A stretch of DNA of 64,000 bases from the human T2T-CHM13v2.0 reference genome, Homo sapiens. How positions within the stretch are numbered: position 1 is the first letter of the stretch; each line of letters begins with the position of its first letter. Below the pieces are notes generated by a model that was not told where the DNA came from, ran no database searches, and saw nothing but the letters and a program-made list of their open reading frames with translations. Of the stretch, positions 1 to 14,203 are shown one piece after another. A program made the translations under genes and the position numbers. Location: the NCBI RefSeq assembly GCF_009914755.1, contig NC_060935.1. One strand, written 5' to 3'.

Positions 1-1224
1 TCCTTTCTCTCTTACTTAATGTTACTATGTGAATACTTGTCTTATTATATTAATCTTTTTAAACAAACAGCATTTGGGCTTGCTATTATTCTGCCCTCAC
101 ATTTATTATTTTCTTCATTCTTATTTTTTTGGATTTGCTGTTTTTCTTTGTTCAACTTCTTGAGATGAATGCTTAGTACTTAAAACCCTGTTACAATGGA
201 AAATTTCAAGTATATATAAAGGAAAGAGAACAAAATAGAGAATCTCCATCTACCCTGCATCCAGTGTTAACAATTAGTCCTGGACAATATAGTCTCCTGA
301 GTACCCTGTTCCACTTCTCCCCTTCCCACACAGTGTATTATTTGATTTGCAAATATTTATATGTGAATCTCCAAAAAATAGGGATTCTTTTTTGAAAAAT
401 AACCACAATCTCATTATTGCGCTTACAATATTAATAACTGAGTGATATATTACTAGTAATTTTCCCTAGTTATCTCAGAAATTTTTTATAGGTCATTTGT
501 TGGAATCAGTATTGAAAAATGTTCTATACATTGCAATTTGTTTTATCTTTTAAGTTTCTTTTGATCTATGTATTCCTTCTCAATTTTTTTCTTATATTTG
601 TTGAAAAATTAAATTTTTCCTATAGTTTGTCTTATATTTTCATTTGTTTTATTTTTGATTTTACATTTGGAAAATTAGTTTTTTAATTTAATTTTAGTTA
701 TAATTATTAAAACTAATAGTTGCAAAGCCAGTTTTACAAAATGAGATATATTAAAATAAGTTTGGTTTCCATCACTGTTTATTCCACCTTATTAGTTGTA
801 TTTCCTTATAGGTAACCATTTAAAAAAATGTTCATATTTTATCCTTCCATTAAAAAAAACAACATATAAGTACTCTCTGGTCTTGCTGATTGCATCCCTG
901 TGGTGTTGCTTAATTTGTCTCTCTGTGCCCTGCAATTCCTGTAAATTGGGAGATAGATCTAGGACATGCATTCTCAACAGGGGTGGTATCACCCTTAAAA
1001 AGTGAAAATTGGTTCTTTGAGGGTAAAAAAATGCATACTCTTTTTAGCCATATTCCCCTAATTTTAACGTATATCGTTTTCATAATCACCAACATCAAAA
1101 CATTAAATTTCCTATGTGATTTTCCTTTTTAGGAATATGCCATTTAGTTTTTTCTAATGTATAAATTTTAAGCCCTATTTTGTTTTTATTTTCTAATTAA
1201 ATATTTTTAATAAATATTTTCTAA

Positions 1225-1525
<301 letters not shown>

Positions 1526-1689
1526 ATAAATTTTAATATTATTTTATTGCATTATGGTCGGTATATATAGTCTGCATAATATTAACGTTTTTGCTTTTAT
1601 TGTTGCTTCCTTTTTGTCTCAACATATGGTCTACTCTTGTAAATACTTCCTGAGTGCCTTATTTTTGAGTATAGATTTCTTTTTCTCCT

Positions 1690-1693
<4 letters not shown>

Positions 1694-1720
<27 letters not shown>
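1694..1720. repeat. (TG)13 microsatellite
   Basis: Pure TG run seen directly. Confidence 0.97.
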
Positions 1721-2039
1721 ATTAGCACCCATATATTTAAAATAATGTTCAAATTCTTGAGATCTGTTCATTTTTGTCTCTTTCATCTACCAGTTTCAGA
1801 GATAGATGTGTTAAAATCTCCAATTACTATTTTTCATTTACATATTTTTTTCTGTTTTTATGTCAATTGCTGCTTGAAATATTTTGAATCACCCTTCTTA
1901 GGTGCAATGATGTTAATAGGGGCATACCATCTTATTCTATTGTTTATTTTACCAGTATATAATGTTCCTTTGTGCCTTTTTTGCCTTCCTGATATTTTGT
2001 GAGATATTAATATTGATTTCTTCTGTTCCCCAATCTAGT

Positions 2040-2364
2040 TCCTTCTTAATTTTCTGACCTCACCTTCTACACCTTCCCACTTGTCCAACAAACTCCTGTC
2101 TTACCGGCTATTCCTCAAATGCATTAGGCATCTTCTAGCATGAGGGTCTTTGCACTTGCTGTTATCTCTGCCTGGAGTATTCCTCCATTGGGCTCCACAT
2201 GTGGGTTTGATTAACTGTTATCTTTTCAGTAAATTTTCTTTGATCATTTTATTTAAAATTGCAACATTTTGTAGATGGCATACACTATCTTTTTTTTCCC
2301 CTGTTGCTTTTTCTCCATTGCGTAGCTCACCACTGGATATACTGATGATTTGTTACATCTCTTC
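2040..2364 (+). mobile_element. L2 fragment, continued at 7589-7715 after the ERV insertion
   Basis: L2-like 3' sequence (ctttgcacttgctgttatctctgcctgga). It resumes after the provirus as ttttcccactagaacg...gcagggact...taagtatattctgaacaaataagtaaata. Confidence 0.6.
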
Positions 2365-3116
2365 TGTAGTGTTCTGATAAGTAAGTAACAATGAGGAAGG
2401 GGCCTCAGGTCAGATAGGGCTCCAGGTGGGGAAGAACAATTAACAATTTTTCTGAGAGATGGCTAATCACAAACAACCTGCAGGCACAATGACCTCATTC
2501 CACACGTAGCCCCAGCAGCAACACCTTGTTTCATACTTAGCCCTTCCAGCATGACCCTATAAAACTTCCCTCCAGCCCCTGCCTCTTTGCACACAGCCCC
2601 CTCTCTGCTGTGCTGCCTGTTGCAACCTTGCAACATATTTTCAAACTTTCTCTAATAAATCTGCCTTTCTTTACCCATGACTGTCTTGGTAAATTTCTTT
2701 ACCACCCATGACACTGGCCCCAGCTAGTTGCACCTGAGACACTTTGCTGGTCCATACAGTGACTATATGAAGACCTCTCTTCCTATGTGGGACTCTCTGC
2801 CTTCTCCCTTTCTGTTTTCCAACTCGGGACCATTAGAGGACAGAGCCTAAGCACAGAGACAACATAAGTTCTCCGGCCAGGGCTACACTCTGGTGGAAAT
2901 GAAAGGTGTCCATGTGGAAGTGTCTGACTGCCACCACCTCTTTGGGTGAGGGACCTAGGTTTATTTTCCCTTTTCAGCCTTTCAGCAGCCAGCCTCTAAT
3001 AACCCTTTGGCAACCGATGGTAACTGGCCAGGTCTGGTCTCTGGTGTTGCCTAAAGGCCAAAGGGTGAAGAGGTTTGTCTGCCTTGCCTAGAAGGGAGGA
3101 AGACTCTCTCCCTAAA

Positions 3117-3744
3117 TGAAGCAGGGTCGTTGTCTGGGGTAAATACCTGGGGTTTGTCATCTCATACCAAGGGAATCAAGGAAGCAGATGCAAGAAGTGG
3201 GTTTAGGAGTGGAGGTTGAATAAACAAAAGAAAGACAGCTCTCTCCCTTGCAAGAGAGAGGGGTGCTCGAATGGGACTTGCAGCCCACAGCAGAGTGAAC
3301 TGGATTTTATACACGGGCTAGAGGAGATAGTGTCTGATTTAATTAGTGCCCACAGATTGGTTTGACCAGGTGTGACATTTACATAGCATGCAGGGAAGCT
3401 GGCTACCCCACCCTAATCTTATTATGCCAATGGGCTTTCGGCTTGACTGGCACCATGTTGTCTGCTCCTTACTGTACACGTGGCTGGCAAAGAGAAGGGA
3501 AGATGAAGCCACCATTTTGATCATGCCTAGTCCCAGAGAGCTTTATCCTATTGGCACAACTGCCAGCATTCACCCTGGCAAGCTTCCAGCTTGCTTGTCT
3601 ATGTCTGCAGCTCGATTTTACAGGCTGCTCTTTGTTAGAAAAGAAAATAATCTGGGGCCTCCTTTTCATTAAAAGGAGAACCTTACCAAGGACTTTCTTA
3701 CCTTTACTATCTGCCTAAGTAATTTCTTTTTAACTCCTATATCA
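3117..3744 (-). mobile_element. Solo ERV1 LTR (LTR9-like) nested in the ERV leader
   Basis: Minus strand begins tgatataggagttaaaaagaaattacttaggcagatagt and ends ccccagacaacgaccctgcttca. Confidence 0.75.
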
Positions 3745-4130
3745 CTCTCTTTTCTGGTTTAAACTCCCTAACCCCTATGTATGATGTGACTGGCAGCAGT
3801 AGCTCATCCAGAGCAAATTCACACAAGTTTTAGGTGACTCAGACCCTCTTTCTTACTCTAAGTTTTCCCATGAAGACAGCCAGAACTCCTGCTCTGGCTG
3901 CTCCTTCCCAAATCAGGTGACCTCAAACAGCCTCGGAATGCTGAGTCTCCCATTTCTCGTCCCCTCTCCTGGGTTGGCATCAGGCTGAGTTTTTCCTTTA
4001 CCCTTTTTCCTCATATCTGGGCTGATCACCTAGCGTAACCACGTACCTGGACTGGCCATCTAGCATAAAGGCTCCAGCACCAAGAGGTCCTTCCGAATAG
4101 GTGGGACACCTCTTTAGAAAGTGCATCTGA

Positions 4131-4514
<384 letters not shown>

Positions 4515-4560
4515 TCAGTGGGCATTAGCCCCCAGCAGCTCATTATTTTTCAGTCCTACC

Positions 4561-5030
4561 ATAGGAAAAATCTTGTCTCTTCCTTCAGACTCATCCCTGG
4601 GTTGCATAATAAAACACTGCGATAAATTTGACCTTCTGACTGTCAAAAAGAAACACCTAATTTTCATGTATAATACAGCATGGCTCCTATGCATAAAACC
4701 CTCAAAATACCCTCCTCAATCTTTTATAACTGAGAGCAGAATAAGGAGGACAGGTCTAAGAAGAAAGAAAAATGCAGTGACAGCTCAGCTATTGGCTGCT
4801 TTACAATTCCCCAGCCCCCTCCAAGTTGACCTAAGGACACTCCTCCAGGTAACTGCCATCAGTGCAGAAGGCCAGGCTACTGGAAAGCAAACTGCCCCAA
4901 TGAAATAAATGGGAAAAAGTCCCACATGGCTTGCCTCCATACCACAAGCTCAGCCACTGGAAACAGTACTGCTCTGAAGGCTGAAGGACCCCTGAGACAG
5001 AATCTCAACCCCTGATGGCCTTGAGCTGAA
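4561..5030 (+). pseudogene. gag: Internally deleted retroviral gag remnant (MA N-terminus plus NC zinc knuckles)
   Basis: Reads IGKILSLPSDSSLGCIIKHCDKFDLLTVKKKHLIFMYNTAW, resembling class I gag MA. aactgccatcagtgcagaaggccaggctactggaaagcaaactgc reads CHQCRRPGYWKANC (CCHC knuckle with H>Y), followed by a second degenerate knuckle. Confidence 0.75.
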
Positions 5031-5857
5031 GGGGCTCTCTGCTTTAGCTGGCTTCCAAATCAGACATCATGATCAGCAAGACAAAGCTAAGGGCAACTCT
5101 GGAGGTGGCAAATAAAATTATAAATCTCCCTTTTGGGTTAAAGAACTGCCTATTCTATCCTAATCTTCTCTGAGCAACTTTCCACCAAATCCTGTCAGTT
5201 ACTGAGGGCAAGTTGTATCCCCTCCCTCGAAAAGAAAAAAATTTTCACCCCTTTGTATTACTTAAGGGACCAAGTACCATTCTCCCACCAGTCCCTGGTA
5301 ATGTCTCATTACCCCAAACCCCTTTGGGGCAAACATTTACTTTCCAAGATGGGTACCTGCTTAATATTTACCTAACCTTTGAATTCATGTTTCCTTCTAA
5401 TAGCCCTTTTCTCCTGTGAAAGCTACCTAAATCTTTAACCAATAACTTGCACCTATATAGTCCTATTTCAGGGGTTTCAACACAGCCCATACTTACTCAA
5501 ACAAGTCCTAGCAAAAAATCTGAGCAATCTCTTGAGGGGGGGTGACTTCTATAGTACGTAGATAACCTCCTCATTTGCTCCACCTTCACAGAGCTCACAC
5601 AGCATCATGTGGTACAAACCTTAACTTCCTAACAAAAGGAAAATAATTTTTGTCTAATTTAAAGGTTACTTAAAGGCTATATATAAAACAAGTTAAAGGG
5701 AATCAGGAAATAAGAGAGACATAAAAAATGTTATAAAGGTAAAGTGATATTCTTGGTAAAAAAGGTTATAAATAAGAGATTTTATATGAGAAAGAATCTT
5801 CTAGGATAAATTCTTGTCTTAAAGTAAAATGACTGGTTGTTTAAAAAGAAGGATGTT

Positions 5858-6148
5858 GGCCAGATGTGGTGGCTCACACCTGTAATCCAAGCATTTTGGG
5901 AGGCCAAGGCAGGCAGATCACCTGAGATCGGGAGTTCAAGACCAGCCTGACCAACATGGAGAAACCCCATGTCTACTAAAAATACAAAATTAGCAGGGGG
6001 TGGTGGCACATGACTGTAATCCCAGCTACTCAGGAGGCTGAGGCAGGAGAATCGCTTGAACCCAGGAGGTAGAGGTTGTGGTAAGCCAAGATTGTGCCAT
6101 TGCACTCCAGCCTGGGCAATGAGAGCAAAATTCTGTCTAAAAAAAAAA
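5858..6148 (+). mobile_element. AluSp
   Basis: Diagnostic cgggagttc / ctgaccaacatggagaaacccc; TSD aaaaagaaggatgtt. Confidence 0.93.
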
Positions 6149-8173
6149 GAAGGATGTTTAGGACAAGTCATAAAGTCCAAGCATGTCATAGATGGTCTGC
6201 GTAAGTTGTGAGAAGGTTCATGAAGGGGAATTTATGAGAGGAATTTTACATGTGATTAAGTTGGTTATAATTGAAAGGAGATTATTTAGGCAGTCTTTCT
6301 AATGATGATCCCTTATATTAAAGCAAGGTTTTCTTAAGGTATTAATCTGCTCTTAATAAAATTGTAAGAAGTTTTATAAGTGTTTCTTTAAGCAACTTCT
6401 TAGTATCATATCTCAGAAGTTCAATTTTTGTAGTGTTCTGCTACTTTCAGCTTTTTCTCCCCTGGATAAGGCCTAAGATAATAAATCTCTTCAGTTTTTG
6501 TCAGCTCCTGTAACTTTTTCCTCTAATTCTAACTGTTATTATGGCTTAAGGCTAAAATGTTCCATCTTGAAGGTCAAAAAATTAAGCAATTTTTTCCTCT
6601 AACATAATTCTGTACCGTGGCTTTTCTTGATATGTCTAAGTTCTCAATGTAATAAAAAGTAAACTTCTCGTGTTGTTCCTAAGAGTCATGTCTTCCCCTG
6701 CTATACTCATAACCATGAACACATTCTTCCTGTGTCTAATGAAATTGAAACATTTTTTAATCAAGTTTAACTTCCAGGTTATCTAAATGGGCTTCCAATA
6801 AGGAAAAACAGCCACACTGCAAAAGACTTTTTTGCCTTTTCGGTAACTGGGTTAAGAAACAAACTTTTATCTTCTAGAATTCAGCAGTTTCACCTTCAAA
6901 TGATGCTGCAAACAGAATATCAGTCCCCCCCAATTATGCCTGCTACCTTTGCAAATCTCTCCTAGATTCAGCTGGACACCAGTTTTGCCTTGACATGCTC
7001 CCCTTCTCTGATGAGTCCCTTCTTCCAGCAAGATCCAATATCCTAGGTCCCACAGTCTGGGACAATAACACACAAGGTCTCCTGACAGACCACCAACCAT
7101 AGGTAGGGTCAACTCTAGGCCCCAGGCCAGCAGGAAACAGTTGGAAGGTTAGACATCCACCCCAATACCAAAGATTTGTCATTGTTGTTCTGTCAGGGGA
7201 AGAATGTAGAGTCCTGATAAGATAAATAAGCAACAACAAGGAAGGTGCCCCATGTTTGGAAGGGCCCCAGGTGGGGAAGAACAATGAACAATTGTTCTGA
7301 GAGGTGACTAATTACAAACAACCCATGGACACAATGACCTCCTTCCATACATAGCCCCAACAGCACCACCTGGTTCTGCATGCAGCCCCCTCTAGCAAGA
7401 CCCTATAAAACTTCCCTCCAGCCCCCATCTCTTTGCAGATAGCCCCTTCTCTGCTGTGCTGCCTGTTGCAATCTTGCAACATATTTTTTTACTTTCTGTA
7501 ATAAATCTGCCTTTCTTTACCCATGACTGTCTTGGTAAATTCCTTTATTGCCAACAACATCAGCCCTAGCTAGTCACAACCTGTGACATCTTTTCCCACT
7601 AGAACGTTTATCTCCATGCAAGCAGGGACTTTATTGACGGCTGCCTCCCCAGAGACCAAAACAATGCCTGTAATATTGAAGGTACCCAGTAAGTATATTC
7701 TGAACAAATAAGTAAATAGGTTCAGAAGCTACACATGCTAGAATCTTAAGGTCTTGAGCTGGGAAAACTGAGAAATGGAGGACAAGTGATACAATATCTG
7801 GGGTCAAGAGCCAGATGTAAGAGTAAATCTGAGTTTGGGCACCAAGCATGCCCTGTAAGCCTAGGGTGATTTGTAGTATCCACTGCCTTATATGGCAAGA
7901 TGTGTTGCCCTTTTTTTCTTGCTGTAACAGAATTTTGAAAACTCAGTTTTCTGAACATAATTGTATGGCAAATTATAATTACCCTAAAGGTGTGTTCTTG
8001 ATTACAAGAGAGGAGCAAGACCAATGTGAAGAAAACAAGATTAAATCAATTTGCAGTTCACTTTCAGGAGAGTTAATTAGGACATGAGTTAATTAGGTCT
8101 ATCTTAAATGGAAGGTAAATCTTGTTAAGTCATGTTATAAAAGCTCCAGCTTAGGTTTGTTTTTGAAAGTATG

Positions 8174-8609
8174 TGTGATGGTTAATTTTCTGTGTCAATT
8201 TGACTGAGCCATGAGGTGCCCAGACATTTGACCACATATTATTGTGGGTATGTCTGTGAGGGTGTTTCTGGATAAGACTAACATTCGAATTGGTAGACTA
8301 AGCAAAGCAGATTATCCTCACCAATGTGGATGGACTTAATTGAAGACATGAACAGAACAAAAAGTCTGACTCTGTTATAAATAAGAAGGACCTCTTCCTG
8401 CCTGATTGCTTAAGCTGAAACATTAGTGTTTGGTCTCAGACACTGAAACATTGGCTCTACTTGGGTCTTGAGCCTGCTGGCTTTTGAACTGGAACTCACA
8501 CCAATGGCATTCCTGTTCTTAGGCATTCAGACTTGGATGGAACTACTTATCAGCTTCCTTGGGACTTAGCCTCTATAATAAATGTTTTTGGAGAACCCTG
8601 ACTAACACA
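8174..8609 (+). mobile_element. MLT2 (ERVL) solo LTR
   Basis: tgtgatggttaatttt...gagaaccctgactaacaca with perfect 5-bp TSD gtatg. Confidence 0.9.
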
Positions 8610-8789
8610 GTATGGAAGCAATTACTGGATTTCTATAGCTCTTTAAAAATTTATTAGAGCTGGCATGTAGTAAAATGCTTTATAGATATTTACATGTCAG
8701 ATAGGAACATTTAGTGAAAAGAGTATGAGCTTTGCCAATATAAGCTTCAGAACCCATTCATTTATTTGTTCAAAATATATTTATTGGGC

Positions 8790-9210
8790 ACCTTCAATAT
8801 TTCATATCTGAGTTCCAATTAACTCTACCATTTACTATGTATCATTTGACAATAAATTTGAATTTTCTGCATGCCCAATTTCACATCTGTATAATAGGGT
8901 AACTACCATAATGGTCATTATGGGTCATGTGAATGTCAAAAGTGAGTGCTTCCAAAAGCACTTGGGATGGCACTAGACATGTAGTATCTGGTGTTAGTGG
9001 TAAATATTTATTGAAGGCTTACATCATATGTTTCATTGTTTATCCTATATTAGGGTATGGGTAGACTTAATATCACCCTATTCTACAGATAGGGAAACTG
9101 AAACACACTTAGGTAATTTACTCAACATCACAAAACTAGTAGGTGGTAGTGCTGGGATGTGAACTCAATGTGACCTTAATATGTGACCTCCAGAGCCCAT
9201 ATTAACTGCT
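8790..9210. mobile_element. MIR fragments
   Basis: MIR core-like motifs (cacatctgtataatagggtaa; ccctattctacagatagggaaactga). Confidence 0.55.
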
Positions 9211-12200
9211 ATACGATTTGGCTTCTTGCTAGAAATAAATGCTAATTTTCTTTTCTTTCCTCTCTTCCCATCCCCCACGCATGCCCCCAGCCCCTACAAC
9301 TTATGAAATCTGCAAAAGCATGTTAAAGACCATGTCTGTGTCTTTTTATATTGTTGTGGTGCCTGGCATAGTGCTTGTCTGTTACCCAACATATGCCAGT
9401 AAACTATGGGGAGAAGATAGGGAGACAGTGTGGTCAGGAGAGAGGCAAGATCTACATTGTCCCATTTTTCTTGTTGTTGATACAGGGTCTAGGATTTAAA
9501 TTTCCTTTCTGATAGGCTCTATCATTAAACGTGTATGACTTGCTTAACATGACATCGTGGCACATTTTCAAATACTGAAGGAAATAGCTTCTTTTTATTA
9601 ATACGGAGCTAGATGAAGAGGACTTAACTATCTACTCTCCAATTACACTGACTATGTTTTCATTTCATAGAAATATGGGATGGCTAGTTTGTAATTAGTC
9701 CTCACTGACTGGGAGCTGTTATGCAAAGTGGTTAATGTTGCTGTTTTCCCTTGGGCCTTTTGTAGTTTTCTTTTGGATCAACTCTTGGACTTGGGTATAT
9801 TAGAACCAATGTTTTTATTTCACCATTTTCATTTGTAGAGCACATTTTCTTTTAGAACAATTGCTTTCATTTTAAAATGTTTTGAGTCAGTTTAATAAGA
9901 ATCTGAGTTACATTGCACTTGTATATGAGCTGTGGAGTTTTAACTTGATGGCACCATGGGTAAATTTAAAGTAAAATGTGAAGCCTTTAATGGAGCTCAC
10001 AACGTTTGATGACCTTAGTCCCCAGGAGAGATTAGATTTCCCAACTGACACATTTGTGCTTGGCATGGGGATGTGAATGTGGTTGGAAGATAATATTTCC
10101 TTATGTTTATTGTCCAGTTATTTATTTATTACCTTACAGGTTCAGATCTAATTTTACTGATATTAAATAAGTTTCCATTAAGGGCAGAATAAACAATGAA
10201 AATTTTATTTATTTGCTTATTGTTCAGATCATCATAGTTTGGAAGATTTAAATTAAGAGAGGGGCCAATTCTACATTATCAATTCGAATAGGTCATTACT
10301 ACGTATTTTGGGATTTCTGGTAGTTTGGTTTTATAATACAAATCTTTTAATTGAAAAGTCAAGAACAAATGAGGGTCCTCAGTCATGGATTCAATTCATT
10401 CAACTAATAATATGGTGAATAAAACAGATAAGATATGGTGAAAAAACCCAAAGACATTGGCTATCTGGGCTAAGAATTGCTACTACATTCTGCTCTTGAG
10501 TTCCCAGGAAAAGTGTACCACATCTACATATTTGCATTGTGTTTAGAAAATCTTTGAAATGCTGAAACCTGTTTGCTTATAGGACAAGCTAATGAACTAG
10601 CTTGGCAGTGAATGGAGAAAAACTTCAGTGAATACAGAAGTTTCAGAATTCACGAGACAATGGTGAGTGTTATTAGGGGACACAGGAAAGCCATATTGAC
10701 CTTTTTGTGCAGACGATGAGCAGAAGTCATGGATGTCATGAAGACAGCAATAATTTTAACAGAAATAGGTAGCTATCAACAAATGTTTTTTATATATAAA
10801 TTAGCTGAACATCCAAAATTCATATGACATACTAAATAAAGAGTGTCTTTCATTGGAAACAAATAAAATCACCTTAAATTAAAAATGAGAGTCAATTCTC
10901 TATCAAAATGCAGAAATAGAAATGGAAGTTAAAGTACTAGTTTTGGATGTTGAATTAATAACAATACATAACTACAATATTATAAAAATAAGAGACAATG
11001 TAATATAGTGGAAAGGGTGTTAGACCTAAAGTCTGTTAAGTCTGTGTTCAACCCAAATTCTTTCACTTGTTATCTCTGTAACCTTTGGAGAAGTTTTTGA
11101 ACATATATGCATTTCCTCATATTTCATGTGTGTGTGTGGTAAGTTAATGTATAAGAAAACTTTTATATTACTGATATTTAATAAATGTAAGTTTTTTTCG
11201 TCTTTCTCCTTCCCATTAGTTAGAATGCATATCATTAGGCAGTGGGAGGATTCATTTTGTAATGAAAATGGTATATTGATAAGGGTAGAAACTCAATCAT
11301 GATCCTGCCTACACTATAATTAGAAATCACATCTGAGGAAAAAAAACAGTAAATTATTATGAATCATTTTGGTGCTATCATTGGTTTTAGTGTAATTGTT
11401 CATTAAGCCTTTAAAATTATTAGACCTTGTTAATTAAAAAGCCTTTCCTGAAGTGCAATGAAGATGCTTATTCACGTCAAATGATTTACAGTGAGATCCC
11501 TTCTAATTACAGATGCTACAGCTTCATTTGCATAGTTGAGATAGTTAGCTTCCATACACAGCCAGTGCTCACTGTATCATGAAGTGGCTCCAGCATGCCA
11601 CTTTAGATTAAAATGTGCTTTTGAAAATTAATATTGGGATTGGCAAAAAGAACACTATTGGGCTAGTTTTGTATTAAATCTTAGCCACATGCAAGATTAG
11701 TGTTAGAAGAGAGGAACACAGGTGTCAGAATCAAACATTTTTTATTTTGCTATGGGGGCATTGTGATATCCCCTTGACCAGAGAGGAGAAGAGACAGTGG
11801 TGAAGAGAATACTGTCTAGTTAAGGTGAATGCTGTGCTAACAACTATGTTAAATGATATTCTGTTTTTTAGCATAAAAACTGTAACAGCTGATATCTTAG
11901 CAATGTATTTGATCCTATTATTCAAATGATGCTTTTAAGACATTTTATATCCTCATTTATAATTTTTAATGAAAACTGCCATTGTAAATGGGGCAGTACA
12001 TACACCAACCATTGAGAACCTCTTATCTGTCAAGAGCTATGAATCACAGAGCGGGAAAGAAGTCAAATTTTGATCAAATAAAAATATGAAGTCATATATT
12101 TTGATTTTATAAAGAAAAAATATAAAAAGCTAAAATCATTTTCTATTAGTATAAATATTAATAAAATGCTATTTATCATACAATACCAAGTGATATTTTT

Positions 12201-12744
12201 AGGATAATGTGCTCTATGGAAGTATACAGATGTCTCTTTCTTCTATTCAATATGTATTAGTATTCATCTAGAAAATATATATATATTTCATCAACAGATA
12301 TATTTCACATATTTCATGATATATATATTTCACATATATTTATTATATTTAAAGCAATAATATATTTATAATAATAGTATATATTAAATATATATATTTC
12401 ATCTGTTGAACAACTAGAGATAAATAAATACCAAGAAAAGGCTAAACATTTTGGGAAAATGTGAGATTTTATTACGAAAAAAGATCAGATTTGAGCCTGA
12501 GGAAGAAATAGTACAACTGTCCTTCTCAGGCGTTACTTTTTATTGTACTAGATAATTAAGATCAAGGCTTTTCATTAGCTGATCTGTTTTCTTGCCATTG
12601 TGTCAATATTTCGGTCCTGGATTTTAATTTTTCCTCAAATAGACTTAATCAGTTAATCAAACTGCTTTTTCCAGTAATTAGTCTGATCATACATTTTAAC
12701 CACTAGGGAGAGCTAAGCAGTTTCAGTCTGTCACAATTTCAAGG

Positions 12745-13201
12745 TGATAGAGGCAGGAAACAGCCAAATGCCTAGGCAAATAGGGAAAGGTCCCTGGAGA
12801 ACCTCCAACCTGCCCACATCACTGTGCGTGGGAGCTTGCATAAACATGCCTACAGTGAAAAATTCCATCCATTAACACATGAGCAATAAGGAAATTAAAT
12901 CAGTATGGAGTGGCTCAGACTAAGGGTCTGCATGGGCACTCGGGGAATAGGGTGGAGCCACCAGGAATTTCTGCCTTATGCTGGGGAGGAGCCTGGCCTC
13001 TTCAACTTGTGTGTGGTGCCCTGATACTCATTTGTGAGGTGGAAACCTGCATGCAGGACCCCTGTTTGTGTTGAGAGCTTTCCTTTTGCTAAATGAATTC
13101 TGCCCTCCTCACCTTTCAATGTGTCTGTGTGCCTATTTTTTCCTGGTCGTGAGACAAGAACCCAGATTAAGCTGAACCAAGGAGCAAAAAATCCTGCATC
13201 A
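12745..13201 (+). mobile_element. ERV1 solo LTR (MER61/LTR27-like, subfamily uncertain)
   Basis: TG...CA termini (tgatagaggcagg...atcctgcatca) with perfect TSD aagg. Confidence 0.85.
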
Positions 13202-14007
13202 AAGGTGTGAAGAGAACCCAAATATATATTGCAAAAATGATCAATTCATCATATGCTTCTGATATTTGTACTGAGAGTTGGTGAATCTAGTTACAGGGAA
13301 ATGGATTAGACAAACCAAATTGACCAATAGTTTAAAAATAACTGGTCTGTACTCTTCAAACATGAGTGTTAAGAAAAACAATAAGACTGAAGAATTAATT
13401 ATTCCAGATTAAACCATGATATGACAAATTCTGTTTCTGTCCATGATGAAGTAAAGGGACTGGATTTAACTTTCTGTCTTAAACTACTAGAAAACTTGAA
13501 AAAGCATATAAAACAACTGTTTTCAGACATTAAACAACTGGAAGCATAAGACCATGATCCCTGAGAGAAAAGAAACAAATGAGGTTAGCCTGATGACTAC
13601 ACTGGCATTTTGGCTAGAGGCACATTCTTGAATGTGTAGCAAGGAGGGACATTCTAAGCAGATCATAATGGTCTCTTGTGATGAGATGAGGATCAGAGTT
13701 CAGGCAGTTTGAAGTAGCTGGAAGTTTCAGAGGAGAGCTCTGACAAGGAGAAAATTATACCAGAAAAGAGCTCCATAAATCTGCAAAGGGGTTTTTATGA
13801 GTCTTTGCTAAATACACATACATAGGATAAAATTCCATGAAATTGGAAAATAAACCGACTAGGAAATTGTGAGCTAAATGTTACCTAAAACTGATTCAAG
13901 AATGGAAATCAGGTATTCCTTTATAGTAATGCAAAGAACAGACAAAACTGTTAAAAGGATTAAATGAGTTAGGTATGCAAAATGTTCAGCATAGTGCTTG
14001 GTGTATG

Positions 14008-14203
14008 TAGGGTTGCCAGATTTAACAAATAAAAATACAGGATGCCCAGTTAAATTTAAATTTCAGGTTATCTAAAATTGGACATAGTTATACTAATAAT
14101 TAGTCATTATTTATCTGAGATGGAATGTATCCTAACAATTATTCATTATTTGTCTAAAATTTAAATTTACATGAGGACTCAGCTTTTTAACCTGGTAACC
14201 CTG
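14008..14203 (+). mobile_element. MER53 hAT-type DNA transposon (MITE) inserted in a MIR
   Basis: Terminal inverted repeats tagggttgccag / ctggtaaccctg and a MER53-like 5' sequence. Confidence 0.8.
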
